Virus record (IMG/VR): IMGVR_UViG_3300030118_003002
Location: 1-64,000 of that record
From: a virus
Direction: 5' to 3' (one strand)
DNA: 64,000 bases
Positions within the stretch are counted from its first letter, which is position 1. The number at the start of each line of letters is the position of its first letter. A program made the position numbers and the translations under genes. Positions 26,948 through 38,432 of the stretch are shown here, in pieces. The notes under the pieces were generated by a model. The model ran no database searches. It was not told where the DNA came from and worked only from the letters and a program-made list of their open reading frames with translations.

Positions 26948-28207
26948 ATGTATGAAGTTTTAACAGGAGAACAACGCTCATTGGTTTTTCCAATAATGTG
27001 TAATGCTTTTGTTAAAATGGATTATACAGATAATATACCAAATACAGGTAATGCAGCAACATTTGATGATGTAGCCTATGGTTTATGGGCGCATGAAGGT
27101 TCTTTTTCTTTTGAAGCATTAATTACTCCTTATGAGATTAATGGTAATAGCACTCATCAGACAGAAGTTGACCATTCTAATACTGCTTTAGGTGTAGGAA
27201 ATACTAGAAATGATAGTAAAAAAATAATGGCTGGTTTGTTACAAGAAACATTTGATTTAGGAGTAAGTGATGCTAATGACAGTGGAGAAATGCAAAATGA
27301 ATTGTATTTATCGAGAGCAAATAGAATGACACATGAAATGATGATTTTCAATAATGATAACTTTACAATATCTTTACTTAATTCAACTTCACATACCCAA
27401 AATAATCCGGCAGAATATAAGATTAAAACTACCGTCAAAATAGGAACTACAACCAAAACTACTACTTCTGATATTGTTATCAAGCCAAGTCAAGGACATT
27501 CTTTCAGATATAATAGCACTAACGGTTCTGATTTATTTGCTGGTTTCAATAAAGCAGGGAGGGTTATGTTTGCTAAAGTGGCTACTTCAACAAGCGCATT
27601 CAATAATGATGTTGGTTTTATTGTGGGAGCGACTAATCCAATAGTTGTCGGAAACGAGTTATTTGTTAAAACTTCTGACACTGATGCAAACGCTAACAAA
27701 GGAGCAGGTCACTTTACTTCTTTTGGCAAAGTCCATTCTTCAAGTAGCGGAGATATTGAAATGGTGAATGGTGTAGGGGTTGATGCTGGCTTTGGTGCTG
27801 GAACGGACATATACATACCAACATACAAACACGCATCATACATAGACCAAATGTTTCATGTGGGTTTTACCTTTAACAATAAAACCAAAAAGATTGGAAT
27901 ATATCTTAACGGAGCATTAATCAAAGAAGATACGCATACTGCAAGTGGAACATTTTCTTTTGCTAGAACAGATACTTACATGGGTTCTAATGGGTTGAAT
28001 GATAGAACAGTAAGCGGTATTAATGATGCACATAGTAGCGGAACTGCTTCGGGTAGTAGTGCCGCTACAACTTGCAAACAGTTTATGGGCGAATTTCACG
28101 AATTAGCAATAGTAGGTAAGGTTAGAAAATTTTCAGAAATAGATAATCTTATGCCTAATTTAGATGATACTTTGCTTTATCTAAGATTTGAGGAGGTGGA
28201 TTTATGA
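26948..28207 (+). CDS. tail protein with LamG/concanavalin-A-like domain
   Basis: FSFEALITP...FHVGFTF...IYLNG...YMG...FMGEFHELAI...LLYLRFEE. Confidence 0.75.
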   Translation: MYEVLTGEQRSLVFPIMCNAFVKMDYTDNIPNTGNAATFDDVAYGLWAHEGSFSFEALITPYEINGNSTHQTEVDHSNTALGVGNTRNDSKKIMAGLLQETFDLGVSDANDSGEMQNELYLSRANRMTHEMMIFNNDNFTISLLNSTSHTQNNPAEYKIKTTVKIGTTTKTTTSDIVIKPSQGHSFRYNSTNGSDLFAGFNKAGRVMFAKVATSTSAFNNDVGFIVGATNPIVVGNELFVKTSDTDANANKGAGHFTSFGKVHSSSSGDIEMVNGVGVDAGFGAGTDIYIPTYKHASYIDQMFHVGFTFNNKTKKIGIYLNGALIKEDTHTASGTFSFARTDTYMGSNGLNDRTVSGINDAHSSGTASGSSAATTCKQFMGEFHELAIVGKVRKFSEIDNLMPNLDDTLLYLRFEEVDL

Positions 28208-31200
28208 GTCGTATTTTTGCCGAAGGAAGCGGAGTAGTTAAAGAAATTACTGAACAAGTTACAACTAATGGAAATAACAGTTTAACAGATGTTGATGGAA
28301 CATATTATATTGGCATGGGAGTTACAGGAACAGGCATTCCCGACAATACATATATTACTGCTACTACATTAGGAAGTAATACATTAACCATTTCTAATAA
28401 TGCTACAACATCGGGACAAACCCCAACTCTTGCATTTAACAAAACTAATTATGATACTGCTACTAATCCTAGATTCAAAACATTTGGAGCATATTCGGGA
28501 AGTGAAAGGTTATACACTCTTGTCTATGAACAACCGCCAAATGGCAGTTCGGAAACATTTGTTCAGCAATTAGCAACAGGAGATAGTGCAGATACAGAAT
28601 ATCTTAATTTAGAAACAACAGAAGGGTATAAAATAGTATCTTATGATTTTAATACAGGGGCGGGTTTAGAGTTATCCCTTAATGCTAACTTTGACTATTT
28701 TGTTTTAGTTCATTCTGATGATTATACCAAACATCACTTTGCTAAAATAACTGATACTATTACAGAAAATAATACTAACTATTTAGGTAATATAGAAAAC
28801 ACTGTTGTAGGTTTTGAATTTGAACCAAAATTAGGAAATGAAATAGAAAGAAATACTAAATTTATGGTTTTTAAAGGGCCACCAAAGACTAATAATCTAA
28901 GAGGTTGTAAATTATTAGCAGTTTCAGCAGGTATTAAAGTGGATTTACAAAATGAATTAGTTTGTGCTAGACCGTTGTTTTATTTCTTTAACGATAACCT
29001 AGATAAAGATAATGAATTAGACCATAATACTAAATATTTTATGGAGTTTATTGGGGCGAATGCTACAACAATAACTCCGAATGTATCTAATACTTTTGTT
29101 ACAATTAATGATAATAAAGAAGTTATTAAAGATTATAGTAAATATACACATACAGTGAAAGTAGTTGATAATCTAAAACAGTTTGATTACCCTGCATATG
29201 CTGAATCTGGTAATCTTCCCTTTTCTTTACCTAATGAATCAAATGGTAGTAATTCCTATCCTCTTACTATACCTACTGTTTTTTCAGATTATAATGATTG
29301 TTTTCCTAATGCAAGAAGGGATAGTGATTTAGATATATCTTCAGTTGCTCATCCGGACTTTTCTCTTGGAAGTTCCGCATTAATTTTTACAGGGCCAAAA
29401 AGATACATTCATTATGATTTTTCACCAACAAGAGCAAATAAAACATACAATCTTTTTGATTTACATGTTTTGGATTCTGCTGATAATAGAGGTTCTTATT
29501 TTGAAGGCAAAATGATTGATAATAAAAATATGTTAGATAAAAAATTAAAAAGGCTAGATAAAGTTAGAGTTAGGCATAGATTACATAAAGGAAGGTTCAA
29601 TGATTGGTTTGCACTAAAAGCAAAAGTAAAATCTTCTTTAGGCTCAAATGAATATAGATTTACCACTGAATATGATTTAAGCACTATATTTAATGTAGGC
29701 GATGAAGTTAAATTAGGAAATTCTTTATTGTCTCCTATTCTGATTGTTGACACAATAGATGCTATCAATAATTTCGGCACTACGGGAAAAGAACAAGATA
29801 TTACCTTTAGAGCAGAAAGTCGAACAGAATTAGCAGAAGCCTTTACTAACACAGGATATACTTTGCCAGAAGGAGATGTTATTTACAGAAGGGCTTGGAA
29901 TACTACCGATGGAACATTATTAACTACTTTTGATATTATAGAAAATAGAAACAACAATTTGTATATTAAATTAATATCCAAAGATTTTGCTTTCTTAGAA
30001 GCAACAGTTACGGCTTCGGATGCAAATAAACAATTATTAACTTTAAGTTTCGGTTCAACCAGCCAAAGTAGCACAGAATCGGCTTTAGATTATATGGAAG
30101 GTTCTTATTACATAGAAGTTGAAAAGTTCACAGGTTCTATCGAAAAAATAGTTAAAGGTAAACAAGATGGACAAACTGTATTTACTATTTCAGGAAGGTC
30201 TGATATTAGGAAATTATTAGGCCCAATTATTAATAAAAATACATTACACTCAGAAGATATTATTTATTCCACAAGTAGTCCTTTTGAAAGATTAGGCCAT
30301 GTTCCTAAATATTCTTCTGTCGCAACAACGGTGGTTTGTTCTTTTGATAGTAAAGTTGTGAGTTTTGGGGCGGCACATAATTTAGCAGTAGGCGACCATA
30401 TTTACGCTAATCATGCTGAACACGGAACTATTTCATATATTGGTGAAGTGGCTTCTTTAGGAGAAATAGATGGTAGTAATGCTGATACGGCAGTTACTCT
30501 AAAGGATTTTTCTTTAGCACAAAGTAGCACTAATCCAACAGCAGAAGACTTCGGATTTGTAGCATTAACTGATTATTATGTTTTTAATAAAGCACTGTCT
30601 TCAAATACTGCAATTGATTCAGCAGCAACATTAGCAGGTGCTTCAACAAAAGGACTTTACTTTACAAGCGGAAAAAAAATATTATCCGATGGTTCAGAAA
30701 GCACTACACTAGTAGGTGCAAGTTGTAGCACTAATCCAAAAGCAGTGGGATATTACATAAGCGATACAGAATCAATTTTATCCGATGCTAAGTTTCAAGC
30801 AAGACTTGATGATAATGCTAGCGGAACAACCACTTCGACAGACAAAACTTACGAAGATTTTGATACGGTAAATACATTATTAGATTTTACAGTATTAAAA
30901 ACCATATCGGATGATAATAGAACTGTTGTTACTTTAGCACCATATATGCCTTTAACTTTAGGAAGAGTGGATATTAATTATGCTAATACACAAGACACTA
31001 CATTCAATGCAACTACTTTAGGCACAATAGATTCTATTCCTGTTAATGGTGATGGATGCAGCACTATTAGCGTAGGAACTTCTAGTTATAATGCTCTAAG
31101 CGGAACAGACCCTTTGAAGTATCATGGTGAACCTGTTTATGCTGATGATACTTTCATAGGAAGGTTTATTTTTTCTAAATTCAAAATGAGCAATAGTCAT

Positions 31201-34200
31201 TGTGAAATACATTTAGATGCTGAAGTTCCTTCTAGTATTATAGGTAAAACTGTTAAAACAATTTCGGCAACAGGAAACTTCGGTGAGACTACTAAACAAA
31301 CACATGAATTAAATTTATTAAATGGAGGACATTTACATGGAGGAAAAACGATAGGTGTTCTTCATCCGATGTATAGAAATCTTAGTTCTTCCGCAACGGG
31401 TAAAAATGAAGTTACTTTAATGAATTATTTATTTAATTATAAAAATGCAAGTAATGGAATAAATCAAGCAAGCGATGATATACAGTCTGTTACTTATATT
31501 GAAAAATTTGGCGCACCGTTGTATAGAATATACAATTTAGAAAAAGGTAATTATAATAGAGTCGGTAATTCTATTGCTATAACATTTAGAAGGGCGAATT
31601 TTCCTCTTAGCAGATATTATACAGAAACTCTCAGCAAAGTTCCCTTTTATGCGTCATCATATAAGATAAACTTTGGGAAAACGATAGATGCAACAAGCGG
31701 GTCGCTTGTTTACGATAGTCATATAACAGGTGTAGGTAAAACAGATAAAAATGCTAATAATCACATTTTACCAGAATCAAGAGGATTAACTAATGTTTTA
31801 GGTTCAAGATTTTTTAATACAGTTACTCGTCATAAGAATGCAAATCGGACAGATGTAGTTTTTGCTCCAGATATATCGCAAGACGGACAATATGGCAATC
31901 CGTTTGTTGCAGAGGCTTTTCTTTACCAAATAGACCCAAAAGTGAATAGAATGTTTTTGTTTGTAAATTCAGATAGGCAGCCCTATTCTGCAACAAGACA
32001 TGATAGCCTAATGTTAGCAGGTAAAGATATTACTAATTATAATTTCTTTGGTCTTCAAAAACCTTCCTTAACAGATATTTCGGAAGCAAAAGAATCAGTC
32101 ATGGGTTCAACAACTACGCTCAATTTAACTGACGATGATTTTATTTCCTCGACCATAGTTTCTTCAAGTAAAACAGTTTCTAGTTTAAGTCGCTTTTCTT
32201 TAATGAGATTAACAGAAGTAGTTATAGATTGGGCTTTTAATCAAATAGACCCCGAAAATATTCCATCTTCGGATAGAGCATTACCTTTCTTTACTTATGC
32301 TTCTTATGATTGGGATTTAATAACAGGCGGTTCGGGCTATTGGACAAGTAGCACAAATAACCAAGTGCAAGTCGCTGATTATTCAGGTGCAACATTAACT
32401 GCTGATGTTGATTTAACACCATTAAGCCTAAAGGAATTTGATATTATAGTTGACTCTAATGGGCGAATGTTAGGTAGGGTTAGTAGTGTAGGAGGGACAG
32501 GAAACAAAGTAATTACATTCAAATCGGATATTAAAAAGACCAACCAAAACGCCTACTTTGTTGGTGATTTGTATAGAATAAAAGCATTAGAAGATGGCGG
32601 CTTCCCTACTGAAAATTCCGCTAGAATATTAGGTCGTGGAAAGAAAACTAGTGCGTTTTTTGACAGCCCAATACATATGCTAAAGTCTATTGTAGTAAAT
32701 GATGTTGATGAATATGGAAAATCAGGTTCTCCTTGGCATGATTACCATAGCCATAGTTTAGACGCAGGTGCAGCAGACCATCACGAATTGAATACAATGC
32801 TTCCAATAGCGGTCTTTTTGAATAATGTAAATGAAGACCAAAGCGGAAATCTCGCAGATGCAGATATTATTAGTGGAACGGCTCATACTAAACACCCATT
32901 TACTTTATTTGCGAATATGGATAACATGGATGATAATACCGCTACTGCTACTATTGATGTTGAAAGCGCACTATACAACGGTTTTCTTCCTTTATTTTTA
33001 GATGATTTTGATATTGAAAACGGAGGGGGTAAGAAACAAAATCCAGCAGAAAAGGGTATGGTTGGACAACCTATTACTTCCACTACTAAGTATGAAATTG
33101 ATGGAGGGCTTTCAGCAGGTGATATTGGTCTATTCGGAATGAGAACATTCTTAAATTATGCTCATTTTGAAAATTCACGAAATGCCGGAAACGCTACAAC
33201 AGGGCAACATAGTTCAGTAAATAAAGAAACGGCTCAAGGAGTTATGTTAAGTTTCAAACCTAGATTGTATTTTGATGAAACCGCTACGGCTGTCAATGCT
33301 GCTGGAAACACATCATTCTATCATTACATTATTGATGTTGATGCTAATAAAACAGTAAATCATTTTGATGATTCAGATTCGGATGATTTAGTGGAGTTTT
33401 CAGGCGATTGGAAAAATTCCTATACTAAAAAATCTAGAGTTAATAGAATGAGTCTTAGACACATGAATGACTTAACAGGGTGTTATTTAGTTTCTGAAAA
33501 AGGCAAATATCTTGAAGAAGGTGCAGTTGTAACAAATAGCCTAGAAGTTGCTACTCCAATATCTTTAGATGAAGTTTCTCCTACCACAATAGCCTATGTT
33601 GTTTCTCACGAAGTTGAAACTACTAACACTAATTTAAGACATAATATAATTACCGATAAAGCCCTACCTAACGGGTTTTATAGAATAATGCAACCTAACC
33701 ATACTTGTTTTTATGACTTTTCACCCAAAGAAATAGTGCTTAATACTTTATCTTCAAAATATACAAAGAAAACGGGAGAAAATGCTTGCTATGCTGATAT
33801 TAATTCTTACATAACAACAGGAGAAAAAGCCCCTAGACAAGTAGGTAATTTCAATAATACAGGAGGTAATGAAGCCGCATTATCTATGTATGTTGTTGCT
33901 GATATTGATAGGCAAAGTAGTAGTTCTAACCATGTAGTATTAAGAGAAGGAAATCATTTTGAAAGCATTTTAGAAACAAAGGCGCATGATATGTGTGTAG
34001 CAGACGGAAATACTCATTTTAGAACTTCAATAGAATATATAGATAGCGGATTAGATATAGGGCATACTCTTAAATTTTCAGAAATGAAAGAACAATTAGG
34101 TGTAGTTTCTATTTCTGAAGTATTTGATTTGACTTTGGCTAAGGAACTAGATATAGATTTAGATAGGGCAACAATAGGAAGCACAGTTATTATCGGTAAT

Positions 34201-35097
34201 GAATCGGAAGATTTAATAAATGATTTATTGGAAGAACAAGGAATTGTGTTCGAAAACACTACTCCAGAATATCCTATATTTGTTGCTCCTAATTATCAAG
34301 GGATTGACTTATTTTCAGCAATTAATTATCTATTAGATAAAAAAGAAAAGGTCATATTTCACGATAATGACAATTTTAAGATAAAAGCAAAAGAAGATTC
34401 ATTCTTCGATACAGGAGTTTTTGTTAGCGATACTTCAGATGTTGAGTTATATGACTATGAAAAAAAGGAAGACTTATTTAATTTGAAAAATGAAATTGTA
34501 GTGTATGGTGCTAGACACAAAGCAGTTAGAAGCAATTTCCAAAGCATAAAAGAAGATGGAAAGAAAACTTTAGAAATATATGATGACAAATTAACAACGC
34601 AAGAAGAAGTTAATACCAGAGCAGACCAAGAATTAGAATTACATACTACTTTGAATGAAAATATAACAATAGAAGTAGGACATAAACATTTATCACAGAT
34701 AAGAGCAGGGGATTCGTTAGAATTAGAAATACCTAGAGAAAATATACCTAGAAATAAATACAAAGTAGTTCAAAATGAACATTTATTAACAGGAAATATG
34801 AGATTACAGTTAGGAAGATATAGTAAAATTTTAGAAGATAGATTTGCAGAATTAGCAATTGAGGCTAGAGAAATAAGAAGTTCTATTAGAGAAAAAAGAT
34901 TTGATGAAAGTAGCGTAGGTTTTGTTGACAATACTAAGGTTAAAATTAAACCTATCCGATTCATTATTAGAGAGAGAAGTAGCAGTGGTGGTGCAGTGTT
35001 AGGTTTTGGAACACATCTAAATACCAACACCCGACCACTAGGACATGAGGATGGACAAGGCGTTACTCACACAATATTATTGGAGGAAGAGTTTTGA
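28204..35097 (+). CDS. very large tail tip/baseplate hub protein (2297 aa)
   Basis: Thr/Ser/Asn-rich; hub-like C-terminus (NEIVVYG...A..EL...AGD.LEL). Confidence 0.7.
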   Translation: MSRIFAEGSGVVKEITEQVTTNGNNSLTDVDGTYYIGMGVTGTGIPDNTYITATTLGSNTLTISNNATTSGQTPTLAFNKTNYDTATNPRFKTFGAYSGSERLYTLVYEQPPNGSSETFVQQLATGDSADTEYLNLETTEGYKIVSYDFNTGAGLELSLNANFDYFVLVHSDDYTKHHFAKITDTITENNTNYLGNIENTVVGFEFEPKLGNEIERNTKFMVFKGPPKTNNLRGCKLLAVSAGIKVDLQNELVCARPLFYFFNDNLDKDNELDHNTKYFMEFIGANATTITPNVSNTFVTINDNKEVIKDYSKYTHTVKVVDNLKQFDYPAYAESGNLPFSLPNESNGSNSYPLTIPTVFSDYNDCFPNARRDSDLDISSVAHPDFSLGSSALIFTGPKRYIHYDFSPTRANKTYNLFDLHVLDSADNRGSYFEGKMIDNKNMLDKKLKRLDKVRVRHRLHKGRFNDWFALKAKVKSSLGSNEYRFTTEYDLSTIFNVGDEVKLGNSLLSPILIVDTIDAINNFGTTGKEQDITFRAESRTELAEAFTNTGYTLPEGDVIYRRAWNTTDGTLLTTFDIIENRNNNLYIKLISKDFAFLEATVTASDANKQLLTLSFGSTSQSSTESALDYMEGSYYIEVEKFTGSIEKIVKGKQDGQTVFTISGRSDIRKLLGPIINKNTLHSEDIIYSTSSPFERLGHVPKYSSVATTVVCSFDSKVVSFGAAHNLAVGDHIYANHAEHGTISYIGEVASLGEIDGSNADTAVTLKDFSLAQSSTNPTAEDFGFVALTDYYVFNKALSSNTAIDSAATLAGASTKGLYFTSGKKILSDGSESTTLVGASCSTNPKAVGYYISDTESILSDAKFQARLDDNASGTTTSTDKTYEDFDTVNTLLDFTVLKTISDDNRTVVTLAPYMPLTLGRVDINYANTQDTTFNATTLGTIDSIPVNGDGCSTISVGTSSYNALSGTDPLKYHGEPVYADDTFIGRFIFSKFKMSNSHCEIHLDAEVPSSIIGKTVKTISATGNFGETTKQTHELNLLNGGHLHGGKTIGVLHPMYRNLSSSATGKNEVTLMNYLFNYKNASNGINQASDDIQSVTYIEKFGAPLYRIYNLEKGNYNRVGNSIAITFRRANFPLSRYYTETLSKVPFYASSYKINFGKTIDATSGSLVYDSHITGVGKTDKNANNHILPESRGLTNVLGSRFFNTVTRHKNANRTDVVFAPDISQDGQYGNPFVAEAFLYQIDPKVNRMFLFVNSDRQPYSATRHDSLMLAGKDITNYNFFGLQKPSLTDISEAKESVMGSTTTLNLTDDDFISSTIVSSSKTVSSLSRFSLMRLTEVVIDWAFNQIDPENIPSSDRALPFFTYASYDWDLITGGSGYWTSSTNNQVQVADYSGATLTADVDLTPLSLKEFDIIVDSNGRMLGRVSSVGGTGNKVITFKSDIKKTNQNAYFVGDLYRIKALEDGGFPTENSARILGRGKKTSAFFDSPIHMLKSIVVNDVDEYGKSGSPWHDYHSHSLDAGAADHHELNTMLPIAVFLNNVNEDQSGNLADADIISGTAHTKHPFTLFANMDNMDDNTATATIDVESALYNGFLPLFLDDFDIENGGGKKQNPAEKGMVGQPITSTTKYEIDGGLSAGDIGLFGMRTFLNYAHFENSRNAGNATTGQHSSVNKETAQGVMLSFKPRLYFDETATAVNAAGNTSFYHYIIDVDANKTVNHFDDSDSDDLVEFSGDWKNSYTKKSRVNRMSLRHMNDLTGCYLVSEKGKYLEEGAVVTNSLEVATPISLDEVSPTTIAYVVSHEVETTNTNLRHNIITDKALPNGFYRIMQPNHTCFYDFSPKEIVLNTLSSKYTKKTGENACYADINSYITTGEKAPRQVGNFNNTGGNEAALSMYVVADIDRQSSSSNHVVLREGNHFESILETKAHDMCVADGNTHFRTSIEYIDSGLDIGHTLKFSEMKEQLGVVSISEVFDLTLAKELDIDLDRATIGSTVIIGNESEDLINDLLEEQGIVFENTTPEYPIFVAPNYQGIDLFSAINYLLDKKEKVIFHDNDNFKIKAKEDSFFDTGVFVSDTSDVELYDYEKKEDLFNLKNEIVVYGARHKAVRSNFQSIKEDGKKTLEIYDDKLTTQEEVNTRADQELELHTTLNENITIEVGHKHLSQIRAGDSLELEIPRENIPRNKYKVVQNEHLLTGNMRLQLGRYSKILEDRFAELAIEAREIRSSIREKRFDESSVGFVDNTKVKIKPIRFIIRERSSSGGAVLGFGTHLNTNTRPLGHEDGQGVTHTILLEEEF

Positions 35098-35447
35098 TAA
35101 CAAATAAATTCAAATCATTAATGGCAGACCAATTAGTTACACTACTAAGTAATGCTAGAATAGGGCAGGGTGGTAATTCAACAAGCCCTGCCGCAACGGA
35201 TTTAGATGTTGATATAGAGGCGGCTGATGGAGCATATACTAAATCAGCAATTAAATCCGGTGAAAATACTGTTGAGTATAGTTTAAGAATAGCAGGTTCT
35301 AATACTAATTTAACAGGTAAAAGTATTAGAGAAGCAGCCTTTTTCGATTCAAATGATAATATGTTGGCTAGATTAAATTTTAATGCAATCGGGCCAATAT
35401 CAAATACTAGTGATTTAGAAATATTTTTTATATTAGAGGTGGAATGA
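35094..35447 (+). CDS. small baseplate/tail-fibre attachment protein
   Basis: IGQGG.ST.P..TDL...IREAAFFD...MLAR pattern. Confidence 0.65.
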   Translation: MITNKFKSLMADQLVTLLSNARIGQGGNSTSPAATDLDVDIEAADGAYTKSAIKSGENTVEYSLRIAGSNTNLTGKSIREAAFFDSNDNMLARLNFNAIGPISNTSDLEIFFILEVE

Positions 35448-35448
35448 A

Positions 35449-37923
35449 ATGGCAATAGAAAACCCGCACCATTATAGCACTACATCAGGAGTAACTACAA
35501 CAACGCAAATATCTGACGATATTGATTATCCGCATTCTGGATTAATCAAAGCATTAAGTCAAGGTATTAGAGGAAACTATGCTATTAAGGGAAGTGCTAC
35601 TGATTTTGATATTACATTAACTTCTAGCACTTATACACAAATAGCAGTAACAACAGGTAAAGCATATAGGGATGGTAAATTAGTTACAATAACACAATTA
35701 AGTGCTACTAATTTAACAGGTGTCCATGCAACAGAAGATGTTTACCAATTGTTAGTTGCTCAAGCAAATAATACAATGACATTAAGAGGTTCTAATTCAG
35801 TTACTAACAGAATACCAGATTTAACAGATGGCGATATTCCTATTGCAGTGATTAAATTAGTTGCAGGTTCGGCTCAAGGTTCTAATGCTACTACTGATAG
35901 ATTAGTGCAATTTTTAACTACAAGTAAAGTTAGTAATGATTTAAGCATTGGCTATGATAATTCGGGATATACTGAAATGTCTAAAATAAGTGCTGCTTCT
36001 GGCGGAACAACCGTTGAAGTCCCTACTGCTGGTGGAGATTTTATTATTGATAATACAGATGCGGATAAAAAAATTGTAGCGAGATTAGGAAGCGATACTT
36101 CCGCTACTGCTTTTGAAGTTAGAAATAATTCTGATGCGGCTAAATTAACCGTTGGTGGAGATGGATTAGTAGCCACTGCTGGTAACATTAAAGTCGGTGG
36201 AAATGTAATTCAAGCATCTGACGGTGGTTCAACAATTACAATGGACACTTCTGATAATGTGACTATTGGTGGTGGATTAACCACTACAACCACTGCTACT
36301 GTTGGAACTGATTTAACAGTTACAGGTGGAGATATTAATTTAGGTAACGGGCAAGATGGAACAATAAATGTTAATGCTCTTGGTGCAGGTAATAATGCTA
36401 GAAACTTAACAATAACAAGCGGTAATGTTACTGCTGGTTCGGGAACTGCTGATAGAACAGGTGGTGATTTAACTTTATCTTCCGGTGCTGGTTCGGGAAC
36501 AGGGACTTCATCAATGATATTCAAAACTGCAATAGCAGGTTCTAGCGGAACTTCTGCTACAACGCCAGCAGAAAGAATGAGAATACATACTAATGGTAAT
36601 GTTGGTATTGGAACTGCTTCTCCTTCTGCGGAATTACATATTGAAGCGGCTTCTAATCCTACATTAAGAATACAAGAAACAGGGCAAACAGGCTATTTAG
36701 AATCCACTTCGGTAGTTGATTCACAAGCAAGAATAAAAGCAATTAATAATACTGCATCTGAACCTGTAACATTGGATATAAGCCCTGTTACGGCTTCAAC
36801 AGGAACAGAACAAAATATAAGAGTATTTAGAGATTCAGATGCAGCAGTTGATGGTAATTTTAGAATTCTTAGAGTCGGAACTACTGATTCTGTTGTTCAT
36901 GTTTATTCTGATAAAGATGGAACGGCACATACTATGACAGTGAACGGTGCAACAACAATTGAAACTGATTTGAAATTAAGCACTTCTTCTGATAATGCAA
37001 TTATCGAAAATGTAACTCAAGATAAAGATATTATATTTCAAGTAAATGATGGGGGTTCTGCAAATACAGAAGTAATGAGAATTGATGGTTCGACTTCAAG
37101 CGTAGGTATTGGCGAAACTTCTCCCGATGCACCACTTCATGTTACGCACTCAGGAACTACTAATTCAATGATTATTGAGTCAACAGACGGTAGTGCTACT
37201 TCTGCACCTGACTTAGTTTTGTATAGAAATAGTTCAACCGAGGCTGATAATGATGTATTAGGCGTTATAATTTTTAGAGGTAATGATTCTAACTCCGAAG
37301 AAGATTATGCGGCAATACAAACACAAGCAGCAGATGTTACCGATGGTTCAACGGATGCAAGAATGAAGGTTTATCTTAAAAAGGGCGGGACTAGTAGCAA
37401 TCATTCTTTTGAATTAGTAGGTCAAACACTTGGAATTAGGGAAACTAGTTCTGTTGATTCTTTACAAGCCAATGCGGGACACGGCAGAATATGGGTAAAA
37501 AATGATAATCCTAATCATTTATATTTTACAAACGATGCCGATGATGATATTAAACTATCAGAAGAAATTATTATTATTTCATTATCAGATGAAACAACTG
37601 CTTTGTCAACAGGAACAGGAAAAGCCTCTTTCCATATGCCTTTTGCTATGGATTTAACCGCAGTTAAAGCATCTGTAAATACTGCATCAGCAGGTCAGAC
37701 AATAACTGTTGATATTAACGAAGGCGGTTCAACAATATTAAGCACTAAATTAACAATAGATGCGGGAGAAAAAACATCTTCAACTGCTGCTACGGCTGCG
37801 GTAATTAGCGATGCGGCTTTAGCCGATAATGCAGAAATTACTTTTGATATAGACCAAGTGGGAAGTTCTGGTAATGAAGGAAAAGGGCTTAAAGTTACAT
37901 TGTATGGATATAGGACTTCGTGA
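35449..37923 (+). CDS. tail fibre / receptor-binding protein
   Basis: Gly/Thr-rich; two MRI...VGIG..SP...LH repeats. Confidence 0.8.
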   Translation: MAIENPHHYSTTSGVTTTTQISDDIDYPHSGLIKALSQGIRGNYAIKGSATDFDITLTSSTYTQIAVTTGKAYRDGKLVTITQLSATNLTGVHATEDVYQLLVAQANNTMTLRGSNSVTNRIPDLTDGDIPIAVIKLVAGSAQGSNATTDRLVQFLTTSKVSNDLSIGYDNSGYTEMSKISAASGGTTVEVPTAGGDFIIDNTDADKKIVARLGSDTSATAFEVRNNSDAAKLTVGGDGLVATAGNIKVGGNVIQASDGGSTITMDTSDNVTIGGGLTTTTTATVGTDLTVTGGDINLGNGQDGTINVNALGAGNNARNLTITSGNVTAGSGTADRTGGDLTLSSGAGSGTGTSSMIFKTAIAGSSGTSATTPAERMRIHTNGNVGIGTASPSAELHIEAASNPTLRIQETGQTGYLESTSVVDSQARIKAINNTASEPVTLDISPVTASTGTEQNIRVFRDSDAAVDGNFRILRVGTTDSVVHVYSDKDGTAHTMTVNGATTIETDLKLSTSSDNAIIENVTQDKDIIFQVNDGGSANTEVMRIDGSTSSVGIGETSPDAPLHVTHSGTTNSMIIESTDGSATSAPDLVLYRNSSTEADNDVLGVIIFRGNDSNSEEDYAAIQTQAADVTDGSTDARMKVYLKKGGTSSNHSFELVGQTLGIRETSSVDSLQANAGHGRIWVKNDNPNHLYFTNDADDDIKLSEEIIIISLSDETTALSTGTGKASFHMPFAMDLTAVKASVNTASAGQTITVDINEGGSTILSTKLTIDAGEKTSSTAATAAVISDAALADNAEITFDIDQVGSSGNEGKGLKVTLYGYRTS

Positions 37924-37927
37924 TAAA

Positions 37928-38350
37928 ATGGGAGTAATAATAATTAATTCTTATACAGGAGGAGGTTCAGCCCCTTTAGCGGTTTCTATTGATGAAGGTT
38001 CTATACAAGAATTAGCGGTAAATCCAGCACCAGCGACAGGTAGCCAAACTTCATTTACAACGGCTCAAGGAGATTTAAGTGCTACGGCAGTTGCAACAGG
38101 AGGAAGTGGAGTTTATACTTATACTTGGTCTGTTCTAAGAAAAGTCCTTGACACTTCCGGAAGTGGTTTTTCAGTTAATTCAACAGGAACTACAAATGCT
38201 GCAACATGGAATACTTTAACAATTGATGGTGTAAGACCCGCATCAGCAGGTGTTTTTGATGCAGTATTTGAAATTCAGTGTGTAGTGAATGATGGTTCTA
38301 GTAATGCTGCCGTTGTTAGAGACTTTATAGTTGTTGGAGAAGCATTGTGA
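37928..38350 (+). CDS. Ig/PKD-like fibre-associated protein
   Basis: ATGGSGVYTYTWS...CVVNDG motif; last + strand gene. Confidence 0.65.
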   Translation: MGVIIINSYTGGGSAPLAVSIDEGSIQELAVNPAPATGSQTSFTTAQGDLSATAVATGGSGVYTYTWSVLRKVLDTSGSGFSVNSTGTTNAATWNTLTIDGVRPASAGVFDAVFEIQCVVNDGSSNAAVVRDFIVVGEAL

Positions 38351-38374
38351 ATACTCCAATTTAGAGTATTTTTT
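38350..38374 (+). terminator. putative terminator of the structural operon
   Basis: AATACTC/GAGTATT inverted repeat running into a T-tract. Confidence 0.45.
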
Positions 38375-38378
38375 CAAG

Positions 38379-38432
38379 AAAAAAAATGACAAAAAAAATG
38401 GGGGAAGTAGCCTATTAAAGACTACCTCCCCC
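38379..38432 (-). terminator. hairpin + oligo-U terminator of the replication operon
   Basis: Minus strand GGGGGAGGTAGTC-loop-GGCTACTTCCCCC (13 bp with two G:U) followed by two T8 tracts. Confidence 0.75.
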
